DNA of 64,000 nucleotides from Octopus vulgaris (lineage: Eukaryota): assembly GCA_951406725.2 (NCBI GenBank), contig OX597814.1, positions 44,578,001 through 44,642,000 on the forward strand, given 5' to 3'. The notes below the pieces were generated by a model. The model was not told where the DNA came from and did no database searches. It saw only the letters and a list, made by a program, of their open reading frames with translations. Shown piece after piece: positions 12,862 through 27,205 of the stretch; the stretch's first letter is position 1, and every line of letters begins with the position of its first letter. Both the position numbers and the translations under genes were made by a program.

Positions 12862-14228
12862 ATTTGTTTATTTCTATTTGCATTGTTTATTCCATCGGAG
12901 TATATTGTAAATACCCCATGTCTTTAAACAAGAAACTCAGTTATTGCTACCTCAATCTATGTATCCCTTAATAAGTTTGTGTTAGCAACTATTCCACACT
13001 ATGTTAAGACTTGCAGCTACTCTACAATTAACAGAGATTTATTTTAACTTACTTTATTAATTTCAAGCTTTCTTTAAAGGCACGGATATATTAATGACGT
13101 TGAAATAGCATTTAGCAGCGTCAGACAAAGATGTATACAGCACAAGATTATAATTATAAAATCAAGAAAAATATCCTTGTTCCAATTACCCCCAATTAGA
13201 TATACAAGCATCTGTATGTATAATAAAAATAAATTGAGTTAAACATACACTAATAATCAACTAGTTTTATTGCTGTCAGTGTTGCATAAAGTAGAACTTA
13301 TAGGTGAATGGTATTGTTTATCTATATGATATTAAAAAGAAAATTATGTCTCTGATAACCTTGAGAATATTAGAACTACGCTGATTTTATTGAAAATCTA
13401 TATCATGAAAATCTAAGTGATATTAAATGCAGCCAAAATAAATGTCTATGAGTAAATACTGATTAAATTGTAGAAAACTCTAATATGATCGCCCGAAAAG
13501 AGAAACCTATAAACACAAGCAATAAAAATAATGCAAATTTTGTTTTTGATTTTTAAAAAATTCACAAAATCGTTATAAAAATAATTTATTATTACTTGAA
13601 AATAACCTTTATTACTACTTTTAGAATTGTTAAACATGTTTGGTCATCTGTATTCATGGATATATTAAAAACTAAAAAGTGATTCCAAATTATGCAAATA
13701 TAAAAGTCGAAAATTTATTGCTAATATTTAATGTTTTGCAAAGACATTTAATAAATAATTGATATTTAAACAAACAGCAACAACTAATAATATTCACACC
13801 AAACAGGTGATATTTAGGCAAAAATATAACAGATTGAAATTATCCAAAATAATATTAAATGCAGTATATAAGCATTTCTCCATATTTATAACCATAGAAA
13901 TATATGAGACGAAACCTAAGAAAATTAAAATTCATTGTAAGATTTTAAAATATTCAAATTCTGCGTATATTAAAATTCATGGTTTCCATCAAGATTGATT
14001 TACAACTATATTACAAACAATCGACAATAACTATTTGATTGAGTACAACACTTTAGCAAATTAGAAAATTATGTTAAATCTAAAAATTAATTTGTCAATA
14101 GAATATAATTTCTCTTTAATCTTAACACCATATAAGAGTGAAAGTAAAGTAAAATATCAAAATAATTGACATGAAATAAAGTTACATCTATGTACGAAAA
14201 TAAAGTTATTAGAGTGCTCTTTGATAAT

Positions 14229-14432
14229 CTTTTTCTACTATAGGCACAGAGCCTAAGATTTCGGGGTAGGAGCTAGTTGATTACATCGACTCCAGTAGTC
14301 AACTGGTACTTATTTTATCGACTGAAAAGATGCCAGGCAATGTAGACCACGACAGAATTTGAACTCGGAACGTAAAGCAAGAAGAAAAGTTCCTTAACAT
14401 TTTGTGCTTTATGCTAATGATTCAGCCAGCCC
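14229..14432 (-). mobile_element. tRNA-derived SINE, family A
   Basis: Shares the core (AACTGGTACTTATTTTATCGAC..AAAGATG..AGGCAA.GT.GAC..GAATTTGAACTC) with copies at 21.9, 35.9, 45.5 and 50.4 kb. Confidence 0.75.
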
Positions 14433-15114
14433 TTTGCTACAGCGTGCTATATAATACTGTACACGCATATACAATAGGTACAGACTCACTACATGGCGGA
14501 GGGTATGATCGAATATGTTACCTCTTGTGCTTAACTAATGCTTGTTTTATGGATGTTGAAACGATAAAATTCAAATCTGTATTTACTGGTGGTTGATCTT
14601 AAAACCAAAAGCCGCAGCATATAAAGATCAGCACTACCAGTTTTGTAATTCAGGTACTCACATAATAGCATTCCACTTAGCATTTTCAGTTACATTCTAT
14701 AGGGCAATAGGGATGATCGCCAAAAAATTTTTTGGGGGGCTGTCGTTTACGTTCGTCCAAATTTTGCCGTTTTAGTCAGAAATTATTTTCCTCTTTAATA
14801 TAATTTTCATACTGACCTCTTCCTGTCAGGTGTCCCAGATGAACCAACTTCGCGGCAGGAGGTTCAGATGAGGGCAGCTGTATCAAACTCTCTCATGCAC
14901 CAAATGTCAATTGCTAAAAAGCATTCGTGAAGTAAAATTATGTAGCAACAGCAAATGGTGGTGCCCCAGGATGGCCACAGCACGTGAGCTGAAGCAAGAT
15001 GAAATGAAATAAATAAAAAAATAATAATATTGTATACTTATTCCAAACTGAGAGAAAATAGAATTGTTACAAAGCATGAAAACAACTTGAAATATTTTGT
15101 TTTGGTCCTTTGGC

Positions 15115-15265
15115 TTCTGAATTCCAGTTCAGCTACGATCATCTTTGCCTTTCATCCTTTAAAAATCGAAACCTTTAAGTATCAATCAAAGGACGGGGGT
15201 TGATGTAATCGAATAACACTTTCCCTTAAAATTGGTGGTTTTGTTCCAAAATCAGAAGACATTAT
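15115..15265 (+). mobile_element. SINE family A, degenerate copy
   Basis: TTCTGAATTCCAGTTC..TTTGCCTTTCATCCTT..GGGGTTGATGTAATCGA, matching the other copies. Confidence 0.6.
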
Positions 15266-17788
15266 AATCATAACATACACAAGTTATATAACAGGTGTCG
15301 CCAGATCTATTTTCATCCACTGTAACAGAATCTGGGTGATTCTTGTTTCTTTATGTAACTTAATTTCTTTTAAAGTTATCTCTAAACATACAATTTATCT
15401 TGTTTTCTTTTGTTTTAGTTTATCTTGCAATATTGTTTTGTGGTTACGAGTTCTATAGCTTAGCAACTTAACTTAGAAGTTCTAAATTACCGATATTCTT
15501 CTTTAGCCAAGTTTCTTTCAGCACAAAAGCATCAAAGCCCCTTATTTATTGATATCGTTGCGTTTATTGAACTATGGCACTTCGAGAGGAGTTAATATAC
15601 AAAAGCAAGACACAGTTAAATAGAAATGACATTTGATGCCAGCTTTTTCAAACAAAAACATTTATTTAACTAACAGTAAAAGAAATTCTGTATTTTTGCT
15701 CACGTTAAGATGAAATACAAGTTGCGGTCGGAGAATTAGAGTAAACGAAGTTTTGAAAGTCATTTCTAAAACCTTATGGGAAAAAAAGGAAACAATATAA
15801 AATGTATGTCGCTAAAATTTCAAAAGGAATTCTGTCTTTAATTATGAGGATGATGTGTCCCACGTCCGATCCTATGCTACTTAGGTAGTCCTACGGTTTT
15901 AGCAAAGTATTTTTAGTACCTTGTCACTTCTAACTAAAACAAAACCCAGACAACATATACGTCAACAAAACTGAAACGAAAAGAAAGTAATTTCCTTATT
16001 GCAACAATGTATAATGTCAAAATGTCTTTCATTGAAACTTCGTCCACGGCATTTTCAACCAGCCTGTCACACTCCAGGCATAAGAAATGCTGCTGTTTTA
16101 AAAATATAGTATTTAGATTCGATAGTTGAAACAGACATTAATCGAACTTGTCATTGTCTACATACATCACTGTGAGTAGCAATTCTTTCCAAATCTTTTT
16201 GTTGTGGTTGTTTTCAAGTTCAGTATTATATTTTTGCTTAATATATATTGTTAGTATTCCTTTCCCTCGAAGTTACATATCCACTTTTTATTTCTCGTAC
16301 TTATTTCTATGTTTAACTGTATAATATTTTTTGTATGAAATTAAATTCTACTTTTCCGGGAATATACATTAAAAATATATTTTCAATGACGTTCCAAATA
16401 GTTGTATTGAAAATGGACGAACAGGAAATTTAGAAAAGCATAGTAAATTTAATAGTGAAATTTTAAAGACTGACGAATATCACCGATTTCACCATAGTAC
16501 TAAATCTACAATCTCTGATATCGACGGTGTGTGTGTTTTAATATAATGGAAGAAGATAAATGTATCGTTTGAACGAACAAAATATGGTCACTTGGTGTCA
16601 CACCCGTTGAGAATGATCAAACACTTAATAGAAATAGTGGGAAGAGGTTGGATGATTCATGGTTGTATCTACTTTTAAAGGTTATCATGGGATATTGCAC
16701 AAGAATACATTTACCATCTGTCATGTCATGATAAATGGTTACTTTTGCCATTCCTATTTCAAAATCAATTGATTTGTGAGGCATCTAAAATCTACCCTTT
16801 AACCATTGTCACTATGCACTCAGAAAACGTTTCTTCCATCATCTGTTTTAGTCACCATCGTATTCATTCGTGTTGGCGATATAAGGTCATAGCATAGTTT
16901 CAAATCTTAGTTTAAGTTATTTCATATACAATAATTAAGCGCATAAAATGGCATATTTTCAAACAAAACTTGTCATGAAACTCTCTGGCTTCTCATGAAA
17001 AGTAATTTTTTTCTGATTGAAGTTTTATAATGTCCTACTTTTTTTTATTTATCTTGTTTTATTAGTTGATATATTTACCACTTTAGTATTTCAACTTGAC
17101 GCATTCTACATTGAATGTAAACATAGTGGACATTTCAAAAGGACAGTTCAAGTATTAAACAATTATATAAGACTCGTTTATCATAGGACTCTCACAAATA
17201 GCAATGAAAATTTTCATAGTCATTTGGAAATTACTCTAAAGCCAAGGCAGCAGATTAATCACATTTCAATAGCAATTGAAATATGAGTCATTAAATTTTT
17301 TATCCACAAAAACAATAATGTAATTAAATCATTAATGTTCAGTCACAGACTTAATATGTCATCCACTTTATTCTTGCCGTTCGATGCCAACAACGAATAG
17401 AAATTATAGGGACTAATAATTTAAATCACATACTGAACTCCCACTGTTTGCAAGTTCAAAAGGGGTTCTGCACTGATCCGCTTGAATTTAAAAAGGGGAG
17501 TCGAACACAAGAGGAATGTTTTTCCAAATCAGGTAAGCTCAACTTTAAGTCGTGATATCCAACTGCATTACGAACAGCAATCCACGAAACTATTACCAGT
17601 AACAGATGGAATTTAATTAGCATTTCACTTTCCTAAAAACATATCTCAGAATCTGCAAAGTTCACGGGGCTTGCTCCTACACTTTCAAGTAACACAGTGT
17701 AGAAAAAAGAAATAGAAAAAAAGAATGTTACATACAATATTTTTACCTGTGAACGCATTTCTTCTGTAAGGGTGCATTATCTCGTCTG

Positions 17789-17898
17789 CCCCAGGTTATA
17801 GTAGAAGACACCCGCCCAATGTCCCACGAAGTGGTACTGAACCTGGAACCATGGGGTTGGGAAGCAAGCTTGTTACCACACAGCCACGCCTGCGCCTA
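17789..17898 (-). mobile_element. tRNA-derived SINE, family B (5' head)
   Basis: The minus strand reads GGCGCAGGCGTGGCTGTGTGGTAA..GGTTCCAGGTTCAGTACC with A/B-box-like sites. Similar to copies at 38.2 and 55.7 kb. Confidence 0.8.
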
Positions 17899-18524
17899 TA
17901 TATATAAAAATATATAATATATATTACACAGACATACATGACAGAGTTGGAATATTCGCCAGAACCATATTTGCTTCGAAAGTGAACCTTGTCGAGCACA
18001 AATTGATGAAAAGCTTATCAGTCGATACTTGGGGCAATATTCGTCGAAATCTAATATCTCACGATGAAAAAGAATTGCCAAATTTTTGTATGCTTAGCCT
18101 TATGTAAAGCACATAGGTAAAATATATTAAAGAAAAATGATATTATTTATTGATATTTGAATTACGTGTCATAATGTTTTAAAGTGATAAAATTTAAAAG
18201 TTGCTAATATATAAATCAAAATTAATCGATTATATATAACCTACACACATAAAGTTGGGTTGAAGAAAATATTTGTGATAACCACAGAATATAAATATTC
18301 AAGACAGGCACCCCAGATAACCTGAAAATATATTAATATTTCATTTAAAAAATATTTTCTTATCATTTGACAAAAAATATTGACATATAGTTTGATACAA
18401 CCCTGTTTTTGAATGAACATATATTTGGAATAATATGTGCTACGACCAGTATGTTTTCGTCAAATAAGGTTTCAGCAAATGTGTCATTGGGTATATACTG
18501 TCCACATATCTATTTCAATATCTA

Positions 18525-19625
18525 CTAAGGTTGGCTGAAAATTTCATAGGCTGACCAAGATACGCTTATGGAATGTGACTAAATGAGTCCCGCGCGGTCA
18601 GCACATTTCTCACATCGGTGTAGAAGTGCTTAGAGCCCATTGGTTAAGAAGCTTTCAGATTGTTGGTCAACAATGTCACAAACAGCAGGTAAGACGTTAT
18701 CTCAGCGACTCTGCGTCCCGACCAAGTGCCTTTTCATGTTGGGGAAGATGTTTAGTCAGACGGGGGCCAAATTAGGAGACTAGAGAGGATGATCAACCAG
18801 TTCAAAGCCACACTCACGTGCAACAGCCACTGGAATCAAGGATTTGTGTGCTGGAAATTTGTTATGGTAAAACTAGACCCATTTCGTCAGTTTTCCCGGG
18901 CGTTTGATCCTAATAATCTGGCTCAGAAAGTCGGTATAATACTCTCGATTGATGGTGTGGCACTTTAGAAGATAGGGCCAATGCAGATGAAACGATCATA
19001 GCTTTCATACTCATTTCAGTACTAGCCTAGGAAACATTTAAGGAAACCAACTAGATCTGCTTCAAACAATGTCAGATTTTCTAGGGATTTGACCTTTGAT
19101 TAGGTATCAGATGACGTAGTACCCACCGAGCAGAAACATTTGTCATGCCAAGTTCATTGCACAGAATATTCTCACCTACTTATGGGAAATGGTAATAGTA
19201 TTGGCTATTTGGATTAAATATAGCCGCCTGTTATTCATCACCATGTGGTCAATACGATCAAATTTTTCCTCGCTGATGTACAGTTTCAGGTCGTCCAACA
19301 TTTAGCTACCCACTATTCCCTGTTGATAAAGCTGGAGCGTCATCTCTTACTGTAACATACATGGCAGAATGCATGTCCTTGGGGATTAAACCGTTTTTTC
19401 TGCGAGTCCTCGATTACACCACGATGCGAAATTTTGTCCATCTTCGAAGAGAAGTCCATACTAATTACAATTGAAGTCTTCCTTGAACAGTCGCACGTCA
19501 GTTAACTTGGAAAAAACAATGCAGATATCAATAAGCAGAGTTGAAATTAATGCATGCAAGATTTCACAGCTCTAGCATCACTTATTCATAGTTAGCCTAT
19601 TAAATAAATTTTCAGCCCACCCCAG
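18525..19625 (-). mobile_element. mariner-family transposon relic
   Basis: TA-flanked imperfect TIRs (..GGTTGGCTGAAAATTT..ATAGGCT..). Minus-strand relic 'PL*SPNLAP..FPNMKRH' corresponds to mariner PYSPDLAPSD..FP.MK. Confidence 0.75.
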
Positions 19626-19700
19626 TAAACAAATATTCAGATAAATGTACACCACGCATACACATGTGTATATATAATTTGTGTATATATGTAGCACATA

Positions 19701-19912
19701 GGAGGTCGTGTCGAAATGTTCCTGGCTTCAGGTAAAAGAAAATACAGGAGGATTAGTTAATTATGATTTAATTCATCATATTCCCCTCACAGATTCACAC
19801 ACTTATCCCAGTGGTCCTTCAGTTTTTCTAAGCCCTGTAAAAGAACTCGGAAGTTATGACTTTCAACCTTTCGTAATACCTTTAAAGCCACGAATTTTTC
19901 AACATCCCCTAG
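19701..19912 (-). mobile_element. Short mariner-derived non-autonomous element (MITE)
   Basis: TA-flanked imperfect inverted termini. Internal minus-strand 'QGLEKLKDHWDKCVNL' matches the mariner transposase C-terminus. Confidence 0.65.
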
Positions 19913-19937
19913 TATGTATGTATGTATGTATGTATGT

Positions 19938-20036
<99 letters not shown>
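19913..20036. repeat. (TATG)n(TAGA)n microsatellite
   Basis: Visible directly. Confidence 0.95.
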
Positions 20037-20039
20037 CAA

Positions 20040-20202
20040 TGTGTGTGATTAAGTCCCTGTAACTTAGCACTTGGGCAAGAAAGACCGATAGAATAAGTTG
20101 TAGGATTCAAAAGTATGTCTTGAGGTCGATTTGTTCGACTAAAACCCTTCATGGTGGTGCTTCAGTATGGCTGCAGTCACAGGACTAAAACAAATGAAAG
20201 AA
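20040..20202 (+). mobile_element. SINE family B, 3' half
   Basis: GTAACTTAGC..AAGACCGATAGAATAAGT..GGTCGATTTGTTCGACTAAA..CAGTATGGCTGCAGTC..GACTAAAACAA, shared with copies at 25.2 and 56.0 kb. Confidence 0.75.
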
Positions 20203-20611
20203 AAAATAATAAAATAATATATAGCAATATTTATGTCAAAAGAATGTGGCAGTCCTATAAAGGACGATGTTACTGCTGTTTTAGCCTCAGGAAAACACAG
20301 AGTTTGTGTCCGGATAGCATTTGCAAAGGAGGTCATCGCTCCCATCTCTAATAATATATAGATATAATATAAAGTTATTTCTTTTCAAACGGGTACAAAT
20401 GTAGATGAAATAAGTTGGAAATCCACTGGTATTCGTTTAGGATCTTTTTCATATTTAAATACAACGGATTTCACAAATTTCTTTGATTTTCAAAGATTGA
20501 GATAGAAAGACAGGGTTAGCCTGCAAGACCTTTGCAGCATAGTTCCACGTTCATTTTCAAATTCATACACACACGCACACACACACACACATACACACAT
20601 ACACACACACA

Positions 20612-21310
20612 TATTACAAATGTAAATAGATACCACATAAAACATCGTTTAATGATTATACTAACTTGTAAAGATTTATGTCTTCTTTTATTAATTGACA
20701 TATTTTTATGTTTCAGTTTCTATATGTGACAGTTTTAATGATGTCATGTACAAAAGAAGCGTTAGAACTCTGAATTTCAAAGAGGCTGTATTGTGGGTTA
20801 TTCGGAAGATGGTCATAATCAGCGTAAAATCGCAGGACCCTTCACTTTGTTAAGTGACGTGCGGAGGGATAATCCTTGTTGCAAGGCCTCCGACATAGCA
20901 GAACAAGTTGGTGTCAGTCCCAGAACAGCTGCCAGGTATTTCAACATACTTGGTTACTATGTCAGAGAAACAAAGAAAGAAGACACTTCGACCAGCCAGC
21001 ATCAAGCACAGAAAAGGCCACTAGCATTTTGGGACACTGTCATATTCTCTGATGAGTCCAGATTTGCTGTATTTCCTGACAGTCTTTGAATGTGCGTCTG
21101 GAGACACTGTGAGTAAGAATTTGATGTGAAAAGATTGCAGCCTTTAATGAAACGTGGCAGTTATTTTGTGATTGTCTGGGGAGCAATTTGAAATAATGGT
21201 TGATCAGAGCTGGTGGAAAGTGAGGGAAACATAAAATCAGATAAACATGTGCCCATATTACAGAATGAACTCCTTTCAATCTTCTCCAGTGCTGAAATGA
21301 CTAAATGACC
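20612..21310 (+). mobile_element. Tc1-like transposon relic with an internal deletion
   Basis: LAFWDTVIFSDESRF and N-terminal HTH relics. Same family as 39.6-40.3 kb (shared 5' region ATAGATACCACATAAAACATC). Confidence 0.75.
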
Positions 21311-21853
21311 CAAGATTTCTGGGATGAGAATATAATTTAAAGTACTGCTTGATATTTGACTAGAGATGATAAAGTATTTTAGTTATATATTTTTTTCTAT
21401 TTATCCATAGATAAATAGCATATAGTTATAATAACATGTATGTTTTAATATGAAAAAATGAAAAGGGTATTTCTTATTTTGTTATTCTTTTTAAAATATA
21501 TTTTTAAATATTGTTCCAGGTATGTTTAAAAAAACAAATGTTCTAAGATGTATTTAGTTTAGAATAGTTAATAGTATACAAATACATTTTATGACTGTTA
21601 TATTAGTTTATTTTTCTTATTTTTTTAATTATTTTTATCTTTGTCTTTGTTCTTAATTATCGACACTCACGCTTGAAAACATAAATATATTTAAATTCAA
21701 TCTTTTCTTGGATCTATGAATCCTCATATATCAAACATTACACTGAAAAGATTCTGCCCCACAAACAATGGATTTTTATAATTTTATTGTGGGTAAGAAT
21801 CGAAACAATTGTATGCATTTTGTATTTAATATTATCATTTATTATATTATATA

Positions 21854-22054
21854 CTTTCTACTCAAGGCACAAAGCCCGAAATTTGCGGGGAGGGGCCAGT
21901 CATTTAGAACGACCCCAGCTCGAAACTGGTACATAATTTATCGACCTCGAAAGGATGAAAGGCAAAGTCGACCTCGGTGGAATTTGAACTCAGAACGTAA
22001 CGGCAGACGAAATACCGCTAAGCATTTCGCCCGGCGTGCTAACAGTTCGCCACC
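21854..22054 (-). mobile_element. tRNA-derived SINE, family A (well-preserved)
   Basis: Minus strand has a B-box-like GAGTTCAAATTCC and the conserved GTCGACTTTGCCTTTCATCCTTTC core. Confidence 0.85.
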
Positions 22055-22211
22055 ATTTATATCATATTATTATAAGAATATATGATATAATATTATGTTA
22101 ATAAATCTTAATTTTTGAATTGACAAATGTTTGTATCCATTTTCTTTTCATTTATATATATAAAAAAATATATATATATATTATATATAATATATATATT
22201 ATGTATAATAC

Positions 22212-22260
<49 letters not shown>

Positions 22261-22338
22261 GTGTGCCAAAATTTATTGATTGTATTCAAAAGAACATATA
22301 TGCATATGTGTATACATATATCTGTGTTTGTCTGTATA

Positions 22339-22575
22339 CGTGGTATGTTAAAAAAGTATCCTGACTGTTGCCATAGTAAAAAGGTTAAAGCACGCAAGTA
22401 AAGCTGTTTGACACAAATTGACCGTGAACTCAGCTGTGCATGTGCATTAAGTGTTGATGTTCTAGCTCACTACCGCTATTTACAGCAGTGCCTGGAATGA
22501 TGGTTCGTAGCATGTGATCATGGCATTGTCCATGACAGAGAAAGTTGAGGGGAGAAGCAGCATCAAGTTCCGCCA
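22339..22575 (+). mobile_element. mariner left-end fragment (same family as 34.8 kb)
   Basis: Aligns by eye with 34798-35010 (AAGTATCC.GACT.TTGC.ATAGTAA..AAAGCACGCA..CATGACAGAGAAAGTTG). Confidence 0.7.
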
Positions 22576-23309
22576 ATATGCTTTTACATTCGAGCTATGT
22601 GAAGTGTGTGCGTAGTTTATGACTTAAAGGACGCAAAGTGCCACCAATAAACTTCATTCCAGCGATTAAAAAAAAGTGGAAGAAACGGAAAATAGTTTTC
22701 GTAGATATGATCCAAAATACTTTCAAAAGTTTAGGATCCACTTAAGATATATTGAGACAGGTGTGGGTTGTAAATCGACCAACGGATTAAGTCATACAAA
22801 TAAAAATAGAACTGATGGTTTTGACAGCTTCTCCAATGTTTCCTTCTACCGAAATTCACTCATATATATTTGATCAACCTGATGCATGACAGAAGATATT
22901 TACTCGAAGAGCCATGTATGATTCAGCTCCAAAACCCTGTGGTTGCGAAGCAACTTATTAATTTCACAACTTAGTTGTGACATCTATAGTACCTTTTAAT
23001 CAATTGTTGCATGACAATTGTCTATATCACATTAACAGCATGTAGTAGCATTGAATTATAGACTACTGTAATGATTTCATATTACCGCCGCTTCAGCTTA
23101 ACTCCCAGAAACTTGAAATCAATTTTTCCCCTCTAATAATGTATGTATTTATCATAATTTATCTCCAAAGCAGCAACAGAAATAATGTCGCATTGTTGTT
23201 ATTGAATTTACTCTGTATATCAATGTAAATTGCTAGATACCTTATTTCCTTTGTTTCACATTTCTACATTCCATTCCTTGTGACTAATGAGAGAAATCGT
23301 TATTATTAC

Positions 23310-23310
23310 C

Positions 23311-23376
<66 letters not shown>
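23310..23376. repeat. (AGT)n microsatellite
   Basis: Visible directly. Confidence 0.95.
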
Positions 23377-23377
<1 letters not shown>

Positions 23378-25199
23378 CAAGGCCATATGAAACCAGATGC
23401 AGGCTAAACCTGTGGGTGGCATAATTGAAATAGATTTCAGATTCCCTGAAAATAAATGGAAATGGCGGCTGTATGTAGAGTTCTTTATACAGGTGTATAT
23501 TAAAGTCAAATTTAATTTCCCTTTTGCCTGAAGAAAGAAAGCATACTACAGGTAAATTTTAGAGACTATTAAATAAAAGAGGAAGATATTTTAACAAATG
23601 TATCTATAGGCTTACGATGAAAACCTGATGTTTGACAGCAAATCATAGAACATCTAACAGGATGTTGTTTTATTGAATCTCAATAGCTGAGCATATTCTA
23701 ATCAAGCCTACTTTGATCTATCGGTTAAAGATTTTAAATATAGTTAAAGCATCGCGAAGAGTTTACACCCATAGTAATTTGCATAATTTGAAATATAACG
23801 AATATAATCTTGGGGAATTAATGCAGTTCATTCGTGGAAATCGCGTAAATCAAAAATGATTTGTTACGAGGAAATAATAAATGCCGTATGCATAAATTAA
23901 TTGATGTAGAAACATTCCTTAAAATAGAGCAAATTGCTAGTGATTTGTAAAAAGCAGGATGGTAAATTCATGAAGTTATGAATTTAACTCACAAAATTTA
24001 AAGGTCATGTTCAATTAATTGAAAATTGTTTGCATACGTCGTTCAGTACATGAACCCCCAACTTATTTATCTGTATTCACACGGTAGATCCACTTCAGTT
24101 AGTTTCCTGAACTGATTTCGTTTTCATCATGCTAGTAACACAATCTAGAGGAAATAATGAATTTATCCTTTATAATTTAAGCACATAAACTACCTTGGGG
24201 ACTTAAATCTTTTCCCCCTCAATGTTACAGAATTTTAGTCTCTTCTGAATTAAGAGGAAGAAAATCGAGTTTATTTCTCCATTATCATATAAGTGCTAGA
24301 TGTAATTGTTCCCTAAACAGGACGTAAAAAACAACATAACAACTTAATATGAGCTATTTTGACTTCAGTGTTTACAAAAATTGGAGATTTTATGCTTCAT
24401 ACAGCCATTAAGTTCTATAGACGAACAGTCTTACACTGAAGGCAAGGGTTTTATTGTCTGTGTATATATCATTAGTGATCCTAGAAACCGAAACATTGCA
24501 AGGAAGTTTTCCATAATTTATCAGTGAAATTCTCTTCGCAATGTATATATGTATTTATGTATGTATGTATGTGTGTATTTATTCTCTTTTTATTTAAATG
24601 TACTTATGTATATCTCTCTGTATGTATTTGCGTTTTATTCTCCCATTTTTGTCTTATTTCACTTTTTCAAACATTCTTTTCTTGAAGTGTCCCTCAACTG
24701 TTTGCATTAAATCTAAATGCCTTTAAAACATGCAAACGTAACTGCATGCAAGTAGACATTCCGCAATACATATTGTTTCCTATCATATCTGCTAGGCTTT
24801 GTCCATAGCAAAGTCATGGAAGTGTCAACAGCTTGGTCTCTCACTAGATCTCTGCTGATGTTTAGGCCCGCTTTGATTAAGAGAAATTAAATCAAAGGCA
24901 TTTCAGTGATGACCTTTCAATACTTTCACGCATTATGTGCCCAGTATCATACCGTCCAATGTGTCTCTTTTTTTTTAAAGAGAAAAATAGTATGTGATTT
25001 GAAGAACTGTTGCTACGTTTTCTAGTGAATTGAGAAACCATGTAGAAGAGTTCCCGCTTATAAGTGAAGACTGTAAAATATTAGATTCGCTGCTATCTTT
25101 CCTATCTATACACACCTCATAAAACCACACGAATGATGGGTACAGAAGATATTTATAAGTATATATACATTATTTTAACTTATATATGTATATGTTTAT

Positions 25200-25423
25200 G
25201 TGTGTGTGTCTTTGTGTTTGATTGTTCCCCCACATCACCCCCATCACCGCTTGACAACTGGCGTTCGTGTCTTTACGACCTTGTAACTTAGCGGTTCAGC
25301 AAAAGAGACCTGTAAAATACGTTCTAGACTTACAAAAAATGGAGTCGATTTCTTCCACTAAAAAACCTTTAAGGCTGTACTCCAGAATGGCCGCAGTCAA
25401 ATGACTGAAACAAGTAAAAGAAT
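25200..25423 (+). mobile_element. SINE family B, 3' half
   Basis: CACCGCTTGACAAC..GTAACTTAGCGGTTCAGCAAAAGAGACC..ATGGCCGCAGTCAAATGACTGAAACAAGTAAAAG. Confidence 0.8.
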
Positions 25424-26309
25424 AACAGAAAGAATAATCAACATGAGTAATTTATACAGGTTTTGGACTAGTAACACTGTTGTTAGTGATGCCAGATTAG
25501 AATTGAGTAGTCAATCGTTACCATATTTTTGTGTCTAATATAGGTCATATTGTTTTACATCTCTCAAAAACACTTAATTTAACCTATCTCACCTCTGTCA
25601 GACACAAATGCGAAAATTTACACCTGTGAAATACAGGCGTACTCAAACGTGCAGCAAGAAGCGAGTTAGGACCCTATTAGAAGAATGATATTTTAAACTT
25701 TCTGTGCTTCGCAGAAATTCTCCTTTGAGTTACTCCATCAGAAATTTATATCATATGTAGCTTTATTATATACATACCAACACGACAATAGAAACACTGA
25801 CAAGAGAAATTACAATGAAAATAATAAAAATAATTAGAAGAGCAACAAAAACATTACAATACGATTGCTTTGTATTATTAGAACAACCAATAAACCAATT
25901 AAATATTTGTACAAACGTATAGCACTATTGATGGGGTTCTGTTCGATAACTATTTGGATTTATTTAATCAAAGTTTATGGCTTTATCTTCATTAGTGTTG
26001 CTAGTCGATAAACTGGACCAACAGCAATTCATTTATTAATATTGATTTCTAGCATAAGCACAAGACCACACACTGTTTGACAGTTACTATCGTGTATTGA
26101 CTTTAGTTTGAAACACTTCATTGGTAGTACAAAATTTCAAATAGCTGCTTCTCTTCATGTCAATGCGCTAAGCAATATGTTAAAATACACTTTTTCAAAA
26201 TTCAAAACTGGGAAACAGCATCATTACTAAAATATAGAATAGTCAGTATGGCCTGTTCATTGAATATGGATTTAGGGAAGCATAAAACGCAAGCTGTAAT
26301 TTATATTTA

Positions 26310-26456
26310 CATTCTGGGAGCAAATTCCCCCAAGGTCGATTTGCCTTTCGTCTACTCGGAGTCGATAAAATTTGTACCACTCGAGTACTGGGGTCGATGT
26401 AATCGACTAGCCCCCTCCCCCGAAATTGATGACCTTATTCCAAAATTTGAAACCAA
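26310..26456 (+). mobile_element. SINE family A, 5'-truncated
   Basis: GGTCGATTTGCCTTTC..GTACTGGGGTCGATGTAATCGACTAGCCCCCTCCCC..AAAATTTGAAACC. Confidence 0.75.
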
Positions 26457-27004
26457 TGTTTGATAGATTCGTTGGAAATGTAGAGCAAACCGAACAATCG
26501 TGTGGAAATCTAAATGAAAGACAGTAAGCTGATTGTCAGGGCGACGGACTGGTAGTTGAAACATAGATTAATTAGTATCTCATCATAGATATTACGTTGT
26601 ATTGAAGGCAATGGCACGAAAACTGTGCATGATATATTGTAGCAAATGTAAATAGGAACTACTAAAATATTAATTAGTGCTAACAGCACATGAGAATAGT
26701 CGGGCGGTATATCATATTTGTGAATATCAGTAAAAATTACCTCCGCAAATAATTGTATAAAACTGGTGATAAAATTTCGCCATGGAAGAATTGCCTGTCA
26801 TCAGTTCTTCGAAAGTGTTTCACTGCATAAACAGTATCCGTTTCATAATTGTTATTAGCAACAGGCTTATGAATGTAACACGGACCTCTTCATTTACCTG
26901 TGCCAAAGGAATCAATATACTAACAACAACTAAAATCTTACAATAAAAGACGCTGATCATTAAAGTTCGATTATTTTCTGATAATTTTCCTTAAAAGAAA
27001 TTTA

Positions 27005-27205
27005 AAAAAAGAAAAATCTATGGAAATACGAGGACCTTGAAATTGAAATACTTAAGGTGTAGGGCAAGAAGGTAAAAATAATACCAATAGTAACTGAACG
27101 ATGAGGCATCATTCCAAATATGAAAATATGGCTCGCACCACTACTCACTGCCCACAAATAACCCTGATTGGAACAGCTCGCATCTCGTGAAAGGCAAAAA
27201 ATATT
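27005..27205 (+). mobile_element. R4/Dong-like LINE extreme 3' coding fragment
   Basis: Translates to 'KYEDLEIEILKV*GKKVKIIPIV...ITLIGTARISR', homologous to the C-termini at 63.8-64 kb and 53.6 kb. Confidence 0.6.

Noticed and set aside
16466-16530. CTGACGA followed by an ATATCA/TGATAT stem
   Set aside because: Followed by CGACG rather than GAAA, with no stem I closure.
21046-21062. CTGATGAGTCC hammerhead-like core
   Set aside because: It is the coding sequence for the Tc1 'SDES' catalytic motif.
26768-26812. Minus-strand CTGATGA...GAAA
   Set aside because: The intervening sequence does not form stem II, and stem I is unconvincing.
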